From the NCBI GenBank assembly GCA_965246875.1, contig CBDFFU010000003.1, forward strand, positions 338,771 through 402,770: a stretch of DNA of 64,000 bases. Direction: 5' to 3'. Source of the DNA: Alphaproteobacteria bacterium. GTDB taxonomy: Bacteria; Pseudomonadota; Alphaproteobacteria; Micavibrionales; SZUA-601. The translations under genes and the position numbers were made by a program. Numbering within the stretch: the first letter of the stretch is position 1; each line of letters starts with the position of its first letter. Below, one piece after another: positions 26,678 to 36,560 of the stretch. Below the pieces are notes generated by a model. It was not told where the DNA came from. It was given only the letters and a program-made list of their open reading frames with translations, and made no database searches.

Positions 26678-29014
26678 TTAGTTTCGCAACGGTTTCCCCG
26701 TATCCAGCATGGTTTGAATGCGGTTCAGCGTGCCTTCACGGCGGACGAGCTGGTTGAAAGCGGTGCGTTCCTGTTTCAGGATGTGTGCCTCGTCGACGGG
26801 GATTGTACTGTCAGCATCTTTGCCACCCGATAAGACATCGGCCAGCGCTTCGGAGACAACGCCGTCATAGGGTGTGGCGGCACCTTTTTTCTGAAAATCG
26901 CTAACGGCCAGCATCATGGCGGTTTTACCGGATGGACCGGGCAGAGCGATCAGACGGTCACGCGCCGGGGCAGTGTAGTTTACGGCAAGCTTTAACGCTT
27001 GTTGTTTGGCGTCGAACAAGAGACGGTCTTTATTCATCACAACTTTATCGACGCCATCGCGCAAGTAGAGCAGGTCGAACGCTTCGGCGGCGGAGGTTGA
27101 GGTTTTGGCAGTGGAAATGATTTCAAAGGCCTTGATGACAGGCACCATCGGGCCTGATTTCGGTCCGGCTTTTTCTTTCTGGCGGAACAGCATTTCGGTG
27201 CAACCGCCCCAGCCGGGGATCAGGCCGACACCGACCTCGACAAGGCCCATATAGAGTTCGGCATGCGCCATGACGACGTCGGAATGCAACAGGATTTCAC
27301 AGCCGCCGCCGAGTGCCATGCCAGATGGCGCGCTAACGACCGGGAACGGGGCGTATTGCAACAGGGAATAAGTTTTCTGGCCGGCCTCAACCAGTTCCTC
27401 GATCTGACCAAACAAGCCGACATTGAGGGCAAAGAGTGCCAGACCGATATTGGCACCGACCGAAAAATTATCGGCTTCGTTGTGAATGACGAGGGCTTTG
27501 AATTGTTTCTCTGGCCCGGTGAGTGACACGGCCTTTTGCAACTGAGCAAAAATATCGGTGTCAATCGCATTCATCTTGGAATGAAATTCCGCACATAGCA
27601 CGCCGTCGCCGATATCCCACAAGGAGGCAGACGCGTTTTTCGCGACGGGTTGGGATTGGCGTTTGATATCGCTGAGCAGCAACACGCCATCGGCGCGTTT
27701 GACGTCGTGATACACGCCATCGGTACCAAGAAATTGGAGAACACCATTTTCGGTTTTATAAAACGTGCGACCGCGGGCAATTTCCAAGAAGGGTGGAATG
27801 GCGAGGCCGCGTTTTTCACTTTGGGCGATCAGCCAGTCACTGCCGACCTGGTCGATCATTTCAAACGGGCCGAATTTCCAGTTGAAGCCCCATTGCATGG
27901 CGCGATCAACTTGTACGATATCGTCAGCGATTTGAGGAACGAGACTAACAGCATAGTGCAAGGTCGGCACCATGACAGACAGTGCATAGGCGCCGAATTG
28001 ATCCGGATGTTCGAGAACGGCGCGCAAGCCTTTTTTACCGGCATTGGCGGCCGCGAGGTCGGATTTTTTCTCAGGCTTATAGTCGCCGCTTTGCAGGTCG
28101 AGCGCTTCTTTTTGCTTTTTACCACCCTCGGTATTCAAGCGGTAAAAACCACCCTTCCCTTTGCGGCCCGTGTAGCCATCAGCGATGAGTGTGTTGATCA
28201 ATGGCAGATCGCGATAGGCGGAGCGATAGGCATCGTCAGCGGGCAAATTATCCAATAACGATTTTGAGAGATGCGGCATCAGATCGAGGCCAACGAGATC
28301 GACTAAACCGAACACACCGGTTTTCGGCACGCCGATTGGTTTACTCAACAAGGCATCGGCATCTTCGACGGACATATGTTGGTCGAACGCTGCATTAATG
28401 GCCGTCGTCATCCAGAAGACGCCCAGACGGTTAGCGATAAAGCCGGCGGTGTCTTTGCAATTGACGATGCCTTTGCCCAACACAACGTCACCGAAGTGAC
28501 GCACACGATCAGCCATGGCGATGTCTGTTTTTTCGCCGGTAACGATTTCCAACAGGCGCATGTAACGCGGCGGATTGAAAAAGTGCGAGATCAGGAAATG
28601 GGATTGGAATTCAGGTGACTGGTTTTCGATGAGTTTATGCAGCGGGATAGTGGAGGTGTTCGATGACACAATCGTGTCCGGCCCGCGGTTGGCGGTAATT
28701 TTTTGATAGAGATCATGCTTGATATCGAGCCGTTCGATAATGGCTTCAATCACCCAATCGACATCTTTCAGCACGGATAAATCATCGTCGATATTGCCGG
28801 GTGTCACCAGCTTCGCATTCTTGGCATGCATAAAAGGCGCTGGTGACGTCTTGAGCATTTTCTCAATCGCATCACGCGCAACCTTGTTGCGGTCAGCCGG
28901 GTCTTTGACAATGTCGAGCAGATGCACCGGAATGCCGGCATTCGCCATATGGGCGGCGATCGCAGCCCCCATGACGCCGGCACCGATGACGGCAACTTTT
29001 TTAATGCTGGACAT
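26678..29014 (-). CDS. Bifunctional 3-hydroxyacyl-CoA dehydrogenase / enoyl-CoA hydratase (FadN-type domain order)
   Basis: 778 aa. The N-terminus has the NAD motif VIGAGVMGAAIA and a 3HCDH domain. The C-terminus has a crotonase-fold region. Confidence 0.88.
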   Translation of the reverse strand: MSSIKKVAVIGAGVMGAAIAAHMANAGIPVHLLDIVKDPADRNKVARDAIEKMLKTSPAPFMHAKNAKLVTPGNIDDDLSVLKDVDWVIEAIIERLDIKHDLYQKITANRGPDTIVSSNTSTIPLHKLIENQSPEFQSHFLISHFFNPPRYMRLLEIVTGEKTDIAMADRVRHFGDVVLGKGIVNCKDTAGFIANRLGVFWMTTAINAAFDQHMSVEDADALLSKPIGVPKTGVFGLVDLVGLDLMPHLSKSLLDNLPADDAYRSAYRDLPLINTLIADGYTGRKGKGGFYRLNTEGGKKQKEALDLQSGDYKPEKKSDLAAANAGKKGLRAVLEHPDQFGAYALSVMVPTLHYAVSLVPQIADDIVQVDRAMQWGFNWKFGPFEMIDQVGSDWLIAQSEKRGLAIPPFLEIARGRTFYKTENGVLQFLGTDGVYHDVKRADGVLLLSDIKRQSQPVAKNASASLWDIGDGVLCAEFHSKMNAIDTDIFAQLQKAVSLTGPEKQFKALVIHNEADNFSVGANIGLALFALNVGLFGQIEELVEAGQKTYSLLQYAPFPVVSAPSGMALGGGCEILLHSDVVMAHAELYMGLVEVGVGLIPGWGGCTEMLFRQKEKAGPKSGPMVPVIKAFEIISTAKTSTSAAEAFDLLYLRDGVDKVVMNKDRLLFDAKQQALKLAVNYTAPARDRLIALPGPSGKTAMMLAVSDFQKKGAATPYDGVVSEALADVLSGGKDADSTIPVDEAHILKQERTAFNQLVRREGTLNRIQTMLDTGKPLRN

Positions 29015-29798
29015 GGTCTTTGCCTTTCGCTCCGGATGATCCGGGATGTTTATTATTTATAGGTGGTGCATGTGGATCGGTGATCGTGCCATCAGGTAAA
29101 ACGACCGCATGGATCATGGCGGGATCAATCGATGGCACATCATCCAGGCTGATTTCGAGGCTATCGGTTTCAATCTCTTTGCCATCGGCCCAGTTGTAGC
29201 GGCTGAAGGCACTGCCAAGGTTGATTGGATCTTTCCCGATGGGCACGATAATCTCTGATTTATAAATCCCGTAGTCGGCCGCATTTAAAACGGTAAGAAG
29301 GCGTATATTATTGATATAAACGCGAAGGTAAGAGAACCCATCACCATCATATGGTTCGCGCAAGGTTTTTTCGTCGGTCTGATAAATGGCGCCGTAACAA
29401 ATGGTTTTTTCAACACGAACGTCATACATTTTATTGTCTTGTTTAAGTTTGTAGTAATCGATGTTTGTCGTATTGGTCAGTGTCATCTCACCGTTATTGA
29501 CACAGGACGAATTATTGAGGGCTGGCATGTCGACGGAAACGGGTTTGAAAAAATCGTCGCCCGACGGTGTGTGTAAAACAGGTTTTTGGGCGTTAAAACT
29601 GGTCGTTTCCGTGTAATAAGGCGTTTCACGATGCGACAAGGCGTTCATGAAATCATTGTAATGGTCTAAGCCTTTTTGACCGTATTTTTGAAAATACACA
29701 CTGTCGCGAGTTTCCGGCTCATAATCTTTGCCAGCATGGGCATAGCAGACGCTGGATAGCATGATCATCATAAAATAAACGATGATGGGGGCATGCAT
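29001..29798 (-). CDS. Secreted orphan protein embedded in the beta-oxidation operon
   Basis: Sec signal MHAPIIVYFMMIMLSSVCYAHA/GKDY. Its ATG overlaps the thiolase stop (TAATG), and its 3' end overlaps the dehydrogenase start by 14 nt. It is AT-richer than both neighbours. Confidence 0.55.
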   Translation of the reverse strand: MHAPIIVYFMMIMLSSVCYAHAGKDYEPETRDSVYFQKYGQKGLDHYNDFMNALSHRETPYYTETTSFNAQKPVLHTPSGDDFFKPVSVDMPALNNSSCVNNGEMTLTNTTNIDYYKLKQDNKMYDVRVEKTICYGAIYQTDEKTLREPYDGDGFSYLRVYINNIRLLTVLNAADYGIYKSEIIVPIGKDPINLGSAFSRYNWADGKEIETDSLEISLDDVPSIDPAMIHAVVLPDGTITDPHAPPINNKHPGSSGAKGKDHVQH

Positions 29799-30919
29799 TA
29801 CACACGCTCCAAAATCGTCGCAATCCCCTGTCCGCCGCCGATGCACATGGTGGCCAGCGCGTATTGTTTGTTTTCACGTTGCAGCAGCGAGGCCGCTTTG
29901 CCGGTGATGCGCGCGCCACTGGCGCCGAGTGGATGACCCAGCGCAATGGCACCGCCATCGAGATTGATCTTGTCCAGCGGGATGTTGAGTTCCGTGATCA
30001 CGCCGAGTGCCTGTGCGGCAAAGGCTTCGTTGAGTTCAAAGATATCGATGTCGTCGATTGTCAAACCGGCACGTTCCAGAGCCTTGTGCGCTGCGGGAAC
30101 CGGACCGAGGCCCATGACATCTGGTGCACAGCCAGAGACCGCCATGGCTTTGATTTTTGCGAGCGGTTTGAGGCCGTGTTTTTTGGCGAAATCAGCTGAG
30201 CACACCAGAACGGCAGACGCGCCATCCGTGATGGGGCTGGAGGTGGCGGCGGTGACTGTGCCATTAGCGTCGAAGGCGGGTTTGAGTGTTGCCATCGTTT
30301 CCAGTGAGGCATCACCACGGATGCCGCCATCGGTTTTGACGTCACCGATGGGAACAATTTCAGCGTCGAGTTTACCAGCAGTTTGTGCAGCAGCCGCTTT
30401 TTGATGTGAGGCCAAGGCGAACTTTTCTTGGGCGACACGCGAAATAGCATGTTTCTTGCCGACATTTTCGGCGGTTTCACCCATGCTGATATAAGCGGCC
30501 GAGGATGCGGCCAGGCCCGGGTTCGGCATCGGGTTGTAACCGCCCATCGGCACGCGCGACATGCTCTCAAGCCCAGCAGCGATATAAGCATCACCCGCAC
30601 CGGCCATGATTTTGGCCGCGGCATCGTGAATGGTTTGCATCGACGAGCCGCAAAAGCGGTTGACGGTGACACCCGCTACAGTCTGCGGCAGGCCAGCCAG
30701 TTGGCCCACGATACGGCCAATGTTGAACCCTTGCTCGGCTTCCGGAAACGCGCAGCCAACCGCCAGATCTTCGATCAGATTGGCATCCACTCCGGTTTCA
30801 ACAATCAACGCGCGAATGACGGCGGCCAGGAGATCGTCTGGCCGCGTCTTGGCAAAGCTACCCTTATTCGCCAGTTGAAAGGCGCTGCGTTTATAGCCGG
30901 CAATCACGACATCGGTCAT
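29798..30919 (-). CDS. fadA: Acetyl-CoA C-acyltransferase (3-ketoacyl-CoA thiolase)
   Basis: Active-site motif NRFCGSSMQ, plus NEAFAAQ, GGAIALGHPLGASG and CIGGGQG. Confidence 0.92.
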   Translation of the reverse strand: MTDVVIAGYKRSAFQLANKGSFAKTRPDDLLAAVIRALIVETGVDANLIEDLAVGCAFPEAEQGFNIGRIVGQLAGLPQTVAGVTVNRFCGSSMQTIHDAAAKIMAGAGDAYIAAGLESMSRVPMGGYNPMPNPGLAASSAAYISMGETAENVGKKHAISRVAQEKFALASHQKAAAAQTAGKLDAEIVPIGDVKTDGGIRGDASLETMATLKPAFDANGTVTAATSSPITDGASAVLVCSADFAKKHGLKPLAKIKAMAVSGCAPDVMGLGPVPAAHKALERAGLTIDDIDIFELNEAFAAQALGVITELNIPLDKINLDGGAIALGHPLGASGARITGKAASLLQRENKQYALATMCIGGGQGIATILERV

Positions 30920-31139
30920 AATGGGAAGTCTCCTGACTGAATTTAATATTATCCATTTAAACAGACGGGCTTTAAGAAAGATTTAGGATGCAGTTGTGCG
31001 AATGCGAGGGGGACGAGAGTAAAACAATAAAATGATCGATGTTTTGGCGTGGATGAAGGTTTCTTTAAGGCATGTGTTGGATTGAAAATTAATTGTTAAC
31101 ACAATGCTCATCCCGTCACTGGAAACTTATTGGCAGACT

Positions 31140-31958
31140 TTAGAGCAGGATATGCGCCAGCTGTGCCAATTGCCACAGCCCCAAGTCGGAGGGTTGCAAA
31201 CGGTCATGCGTGATGATCGCTAATTGGCTTTGTGTGGCAGCGGTGATTTGTGCTGCAGTGAAATGTGATAACCCCATGCCGTATCGGTGGCTCATGCCCA
31301 GTAGGATCATGTCTTCGCGCTGCGCAGCAGGCGTCAATGTGCGCCAACGCGTTGCGCGCAGGCCACGAGTTTTAGTGATGCCGTTTTCTGTCACGCGCGA
31401 CCAGCCGCCAAAGGCGATGATATTACCATGGGCCGCAATATGATTTTGATAAGGACTTTGGTGATGTGCGGCAGCGGCGTGAAAGCGGTCATAGAACAAC
31501 AGGCCTTGTTCATTTAACCAGTGTTGCAATGTTTGCCAGACTGTAAAATCCTGCAGGCCATAAACGCTGATATGTGTGACACCTTGTTGTAACACAGCGG
31601 CAATTTGCATTTGATAATGTTTCGGTTGGCGGCGGTGATCCCAATGGATAATGGCATCAATGACTTTGCCGCTGGCTGCAATGTCCGGAGTGATGTGTGT
31701 GATGGGAAGAGACAGCCTTGTAACAGCCGGTTGCGTCAATAAAAATGACAAGGTTGCAGGTTGCGTGATTTCACAGGTGATGTGGGGAATTATTGTCAGC
31801 CTATTCTGATGCATCGTCAAAAATGCATACGTTGTTTGCAGATCACCGCTGACAATATAAGCGAGTGCAAACGCCTGTTGCAGCCGTTCAGGTGCAACCC
31901 GTGTGACGCGCCGTAAATCAACAAACAAGGCCGAAGATTGAATCAAGAGTGACGTCAT
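31140..31958 (-). CDS. Degenerate HemW/HemN-like protein lacking the radical-SAM motif
   Basis: The C-terminal two thirds align by eye to HemW landmarks (THISVYGL ~ PHIS.YxL; ILLGMSHRYGMGL ~ LGLR..G). There is no CxxxCxxC motif, and the protein is about 100 aa shorter than HemW. Confidence 0.4.
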   Translation of the reverse strand: MTSLLIQSSALFVDLRRVTRVAPERLQQAFALAYIVSGDLQTTYAFLTMHQNRLTIIPHITCEITQPATLSFLLTQPAVTRLSLPITHITPDIAASGKVIDAIIHWDHRRQPKHYQMQIAAVLQQGVTHISVYGLQDFTVWQTLQHWLNEQGLLFYDRFHAAAAHHQSPYQNHIAAHGNIIAFGGWSRVTENGITKTRGLRATRWRTLTPAAQREDMILLGMSHRYGMGLSHFTAAQITAATQSQLAIITHDRLQPSDLGLWQLAQLAHILL

Positions 31959-32144
31959 AATAACGATTATAGCGATGGTTGAACATTGGCGAAATTGGAG
32001 TTTATAACGCCATGGTTTAAAGATTAAAAAATAGGACTTTATTGTAAAGCAGGCCTGTATAAACAGCCCGGAAAGCGATGCAGGGCCTTGAATAAAGTGG
32101 CTGCTATACTTGTCATACGTAATTGGTCAGGTAAACTGTGGCTC

Positions 32145-32621
32145 ATGAAAAATATCATTCAAATGATGGGCTTTGTGTTCATCGCGATCGCCCTGCTGGC
32201 CGCCCTCACCGCCTGCAGCAAGCCGTCTGGCCCGTTTACGGTCAACGATCCCTTCATTCGCGCGACACCGCAAACAATCTCTGCCGGTTATTTCACGATT
32301 ACCAATCACACCAAGGCCGATGAAACATTGGTCAGTATGACAGCAGACTGGGCCGGCCGTATCGAATTCCACATGATGCAAGCGGACAAAGACAAACCGG
32401 ATGTCATGAACATGGTGCCAGTTGCCGACATCGTTGTGCCAGCGGGAAAAACCGTCGCGTTTCAACCTGGTGGCTTGCATGTGATGCTCTACGATCTCAA
32501 AGGCCCCATGGAAGTCGGCGAAACGCGTGAAGCGACACTGAATTTAAAAGCCGGCGCGCCATTAAAAATTGAATTCAAAGTGAAGCCGATTACCTACAAG
32601 GGGTTAGAGAACCATCATTAA
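32145..32621 (+). CDS. Copper chaperone PCu(A)C (DUF461), lipoprotein
   Basis: Lipobox LLAALTAC and the Cu(I) motif pattern H-M...M...GGLHVML. Confidence 0.8.
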   Translation: MKNIIQMMGFVFIAIALLAALTACSKPSGPFTVNDPFIRATPQTISAGYFTITNHTKADETLVSMTADWAGRIEFHMMQADKDKPDVMNMVPVADIVVPAGKTVAFQPGGLHVMLYDLKGPMEVGETREATLNLKAGAPLKIEFKVKPITYKGLENHH

Positions 32622-32742
32622 ATTGATGTTTCTTCTAAATAAAGCGCTAAGTTATTTTCTTGGCTTCCTGTTAAGGCAATGCAGCGCATAAAACAGATTG
32701 CGATTTTTATACGCGTCTATGCCGGACAGAGAAAATTAACTT

Positions 32743-33723
32743 ATGAGCACTCTTTATCAAAACCATATTGCAATTATTGACTGGGCAGCCAGTCAATTAT
32801 CATTTGATGGTCACAGCGATGTCATCCCTATTGTCGAAACACCATGGTCCAGCGTGTTGCGAATTAATACAGCGCAAGGTGCCGTTTATTTAAAGCAGGC
32901 ACCGGGTGAATTGTTTATCGAGGCCGAGGTTATCCAAGCCTGCCGTCATGCATGCGGGATATCGTTTATCCCCAAAATCATCGCCACGAACAAAGAATTG
33001 TCCTGTTTCCTGATGTCAGCGTGCGGCGACGTATCGTTGCGCACCTTGTTTGCCGGGCAGCCTGACATGACTCAAATTGTGCAAGGCGTGCAACTGTACC
33101 GCGAGATGCAACGCATGACCGTGCCGCATGTCGATGCATTTCTCGCTTTCGGCATACCGGACTGGCGGTTGGAGTGCTTGCCACAGCTTTATCAGAATCT
33201 TGCCTGTGATGATGCGTTTTTGCAGGCAGAAAATGTACCGACGGATGATATAAAACAGCTGCAGGATTTAACCGTGCCATTCGAGGCAGTGTGCAAAGAA
33301 TTGGCCGGTTTTAATATTTCAGCATGTTTGAGTCACAGTGACATTCATGATAATAACATGCTGATCGACACAGCAACGCAACAGATCAGTATTATCGATT
33401 TGGGAGAATGTGCTGTTGATCATCCATTCCTATCACTGGCCGCATGTCTAACCCGAATGGCGGCGCGTTACCAGATCGTGCCGGAATCGCCCGATTACCA
33501 CATGTTTCAGAATGCCTGTTTCAGCGGATTTCTAGCCTCAGACAATGATATGCAACAGGCGATCAGGCTGACGCATAAATTATTGCCGTTTTACAGCCTT
33601 CTGGTGCATATGCGGCTGATGCGTGCCGGGGGCGATAATCTAAAAGCGCTGCCACGCATGCAGGGCCGTATCAAAACTAGCTGGTCGCGGTATATACAGG
33701 CAATGATACGGATTGATGAATAA
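32743..33723 (+). CDS. Phosphotransferase (APH/choline-kinase family)
   Basis: Catalytic loop SHSDIHDNNMLID, followed by IIDLGE. Confidence 0.75.
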   Translation: MSTLYQNHIAIIDWAASQLSFDGHSDVIPIVETPWSSVLRINTAQGAVYLKQAPGELFIEAEVIQACRHACGISFIPKIIATNKELSCFLMSACGDVSLRTLFAGQPDMTQIVQGVQLYREMQRMTVPHVDAFLAFGIPDWRLECLPQLYQNLACDDAFLQAENVPTDDIKQLQDLTVPFEAVCKELAGFNISACLSHSDIHDNNMLIDTATQQISIIDLGECAVDHPFLSLAACLTRMAARYQIVPESPDYHMFQNACFSGFLASDNDMQQAIRLTHKLLPFYSLLVHMRLMRAGGDNLKALPRMQGRIKTSWSRYIQAMIRIDE

Positions 33724-33768
33724 TGATTGTGAAATATTACTAACCTTATACTATTGGAATAATTAATC

Positions 33769-34404
33769 ATGGAATTGCAAGATCACATATTTGCAAGCAT
33801 TGATGCATATACCAGAGGAGAAATCGAACATTCTCTGCATCATGTTTGCATAGCTGTTGAGGGCGCGACTAGAAATTTTTTCAATAAAGACAAAGTTTCA
33901 AATAAAGATTATAAAAATTTTGTAAGAAATTATTATTGGATTATTGAACCAATGATTGGCGGAGGAATTAATTTAGAAGAAACTAAATTTTCTGGCGCTA
34001 AAATTACAGATGGATATGAAAATCTGATTTTAGATCCAGATCTGGCAGATATAATATATCATATTTTTAGATGTAGTAACGCGCACTCTAAAGCTGTAAC
34101 AAGCAACTATCAATTATTACCATTTAGAGACGGGTATTCAGAATGGATAATTGCTGATGGATTAGTACAAATGCCAGAAAGAGTCATATGGGCGTTAATT
34201 GCTATCTGTGTATTTTCAAAAGGAAATTTACAAATCAAAACTTCTGGGGAATACCACTTAACTTGGGGTAGCGAAAGTTTGGGAATAGACACAAGAATCT
34301 TTTTGATAAAGGATTGGTGGGGCAAAGAAAATGATTTTAAAACATTTATAGATAAGCAGAATATACTTAGAGTAACTTTTAAAAATTTAAATTTTGCTTC
34401 CTGA
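33769..34404 (+). CDS. AT-rich orphan protein with an Rx4H motif (possible HEPN-like)
   Basis: 211 aa with very A/T-biased codons. FRCSNAHS (R101-H106, nt 34069-34086) fits the HEPN Rx4-6H pattern. Otherwise unrecognised. Confidence 0.5.
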   Translation: MELQDHIFASIDAYTRGEIEHSLHHVCIAVEGATRNFFNKDKVSNKDYKNFVRNYYWIIEPMIGGGINLEETKFSGAKITDGYENLILDPDLADIIYHIFRCSNAHSKAVTSNYQLLPFRDGYSEWIIADGLVQMPERVIWALIAICVFSKGNLQIKTSGEYHLTWGSESLGIDTRIFLIKDWWGKENDFKTFIDKQNILRVTFKNLNFAS

Positions 34405-34416
34405 ATAATAAATATT

Positions 34417-34899
34417 TTAAATTTTCTTCTCCAACCCCAACAAAAATTCCTTCACCTTCAACCCACCCGCAAATCCCGTCAGGGTACCATTGGCACCAAT
34501 GACGCGGTGACAGGGGGTGATGATGGAGATTGGATTGCGGCCGTTGGCGGCGCCCACGGCGCGGACAGCTTTGGGGTTGCCGATAGTTTGGGCGATCTGG
34601 CTATAGCTGCGCGTCTCGCCGAATGGGATAGCGCATAAAGCCTGCCAAACACTGCGCTGAAAATCGGTGCCTTTGAAATCCAACGGTACCGAAAACGATT
34701 GGCGCTTACCGGCGAAATAATCGCTCAGTTGCTGTTTGGTATCCAGCAAAATGGGATGATCTTGGCTCTCTGTTAAATTGGCTAACCGCACACGGTTTGT
34801 TTTATCATATTCCCACAAAATCGCGGCCAAGCCTTGATCGCTGGCGACCAGTTTTAAAGCGCCAACGGGCGACGGCATCATGGTATAAGACAATGTCAT
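34417..34899 (-). CDS. ogt: Methylated-DNA--protein-cysteine methyltransferase
   Basis: Active site IITPCHRVIG and the upstream YSQIA...NP helix-turn-wing region. Confidence 0.92.
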   Translation of the reverse strand: MTLSYTMMPSPVGALKLVASDQGLAAILWEYDKTNRVRLANLTESQDHPILLDTKQQLSDYFAGKRQSFSVPLDFKGTDFQRSVWQALCAIPFGETRSYSQIAQTIGNPKAVRAVGAANGRNPISIITPCHRVIGANGTLTGFAGGLKVKEFLLGLEKKI

Positions 34900-35040
34900 G
34901 GCGGGTTTGCGTGAAATTCCGTGATACTGTAAAAATTGTGACAGATCAGTTTAGATGCAAGCCGTTCAAACGACAACATAATCTTAAATATTTTGCGCTT
35001 ACATCATAGGAAAATCAGTAAACATCGCAGGTTACCAGAG

Positions 35041-35586
35041 ATGAATAGATATATGTTCACGATCATGACAGGTGTAATGATGGCCGCGCTGCCAGCCTGG
35101 GCAGACGACGCAGCGCCACCGCAAATTCAAGCGTTGACATTGGAGGGCGCGCCGATCGCGTCAAAGCATTTTCAATCTGGCGATAATGACTTTCGCGAAC
35201 GGCATACACTGGCCATCGCAAAAGTGGAAACGCGCGACTACGGCAATTGGGGGTTATATGTGTTGACGCCAAACAGTGTGGAGCGCACGTCGGTCGGGAT
35301 CGGCTATGTGACCGACCCGTATGTGATCCAGTTCAACCCGAACGGCGTTGGCACACCGCGGCTGGAAATCACGGGCGCGATTGGTGCCGTCACCGGCTAT
35401 CAGGATTATCCCGTGCCATTACTAGCCGGGCAGGGGCGGTTGGTCGTCTATGAGCAGGATCGTTTGAGTGTTGGCGCATCCATGGCCGTTATGCCCTATA
35501 TCATGGAAGATAAAACACGCGACGAAACAAAACTGGGCATCGTTGGCACGACGCCGTTCTTCAGTTTACGTTACGCATTTCAATGA
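35041..35586 (+). CDS. Putative small outer-membrane beta-barrel protein
   Basis: Sec signal MNRYMFTIMTGVMMAALPAWA/DD, an alternating amphipathic pattern, and a C-terminal FSLRYAFQ. The family is not recognised. Confidence 0.45.
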   Translation: MNRYMFTIMTGVMMAALPAWADDAAPPQIQALTLEGAPIASKHFQSGDNDFRERHTLAIAKVETRDYGNWGLYVLTPNSVERTSVGIGYVTDPYVIQFNPNGVGTPRLEITGAIGAVTGYQDYPVPLLAGQGRLVVYEQDRLSVGASMAVMPYIMEDKTRDETKLGIVGTTPFFSLRYAFQ

Positions 35587-36560
35587 TAATCTCGTTCGAC
35601 CAGATCCGGCAGCAAGCACATCATGTGTGTGAGCTGGCCCAGCATGTCACCCTTCATCCCGAGCGTTTTGCAGCGTTTGTTCCGCAGTTGAGACATGTCA
35701 GTGCCGAACCATGGTTTCACTCGCTACCGGTTAAAATCAACCAGACGGATTTTGAAAGCGCCTTGCGCTTTTCACTCATGTTCAATGCCACCAGTTTTTG
35801 CTACTGGCAAAAACCAAAATGGCGGCTGGTTTATGAGGGTGTAGAACTGGGCGGCGCATTTTCATTGGCGACCTGTTATGCTCTGGCGATCAACGGCGAT
35901 AGAGGTTTGCTGGAACCGGAGCGTTGGGCTAATTTGTCTTTAGATCAATATAGCAGCATCACAGCCGTGTCATCCGGCATATCACTACCATTAAGCGCCG
36001 AACGTTTGCAAGCGTTGCAGATGATTGGCAGTTATTTGTGTGACCATCATCACGGGTCAGTCCAAAATTTTATCACGGCTCATGATCATGACGCGGAACG
36101 CATTCTACAAACCTTGGCGACGGCGTTTTACGGCTTTGACGATGTGCATGATTATCACGGGCAAACCGTGCCCTTTCTGAAACGGGCGCAACTGACGCTG
36201 GCCGATCTGTCATCGTTGTATCAGCATCATACGGGCAATGGGCTGCGTCAGGCTGAACATATCACGGCCTGTGCGGATTATAAATTGCCACAAATCATGC
36301 GGCATTACGGGTTACTCTCGTATAGCGACGAGCTGGCACAACACATTGACACTGAGCAACAGCTGCCGTCTGGCAGCACCATGGAAATCGAAATCCGTGC
36401 GGGAACGATTGAGATTGTCGAGTTGCTGCGCCAAGTGTTTCGTGATGTTTATCAGCAGAACCTGACAGCCAATCAGATCAGCGACCAGATTTGGCTGTTG
36501 TCGCAAAACGATATCACCGGTCTTCAGCCGCATCACCGCACAGTGACGATGTATTATTAA
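35583..36560 (+). CDS. Queuosine-salvage family protein (DUF2419 / Qng1-like)
   Basis: FNATSFCYW and ADYKLPQIMRHYGLLSYSDEL...GSTMEIEIRAGTIEIVE resemble DUF2419 signatures as I recall them. It has an ATGA overlap with the upstream gene. Confidence 0.6.
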   Translation: MIISFDQIRQQAHHVCELAQHVTLHPERFAAFVPQLRHVSAEPWFHSLPVKINQTDFESALRFSLMFNATSFCYWQKPKWRLVYEGVELGGAFSLATCYALAINGDRGLLEPERWANLSLDQYSSITAVSSGISLPLSAERLQALQMIGSYLCDHHHGSVQNFITAHDHDAERILQTLATAFYGFDDVHDYHGQTVPFLKRAQLTLADLSSLYQHHTGNGLRQAEHITACADYKLPQIMRHYGLLSYSDELAQHIDTEQQLPSGSTMEIEIRAGTIEIVELLRQVFRDVYQQNLTANQISDQIWLLSQNDITGLQPHHRTVTMYY

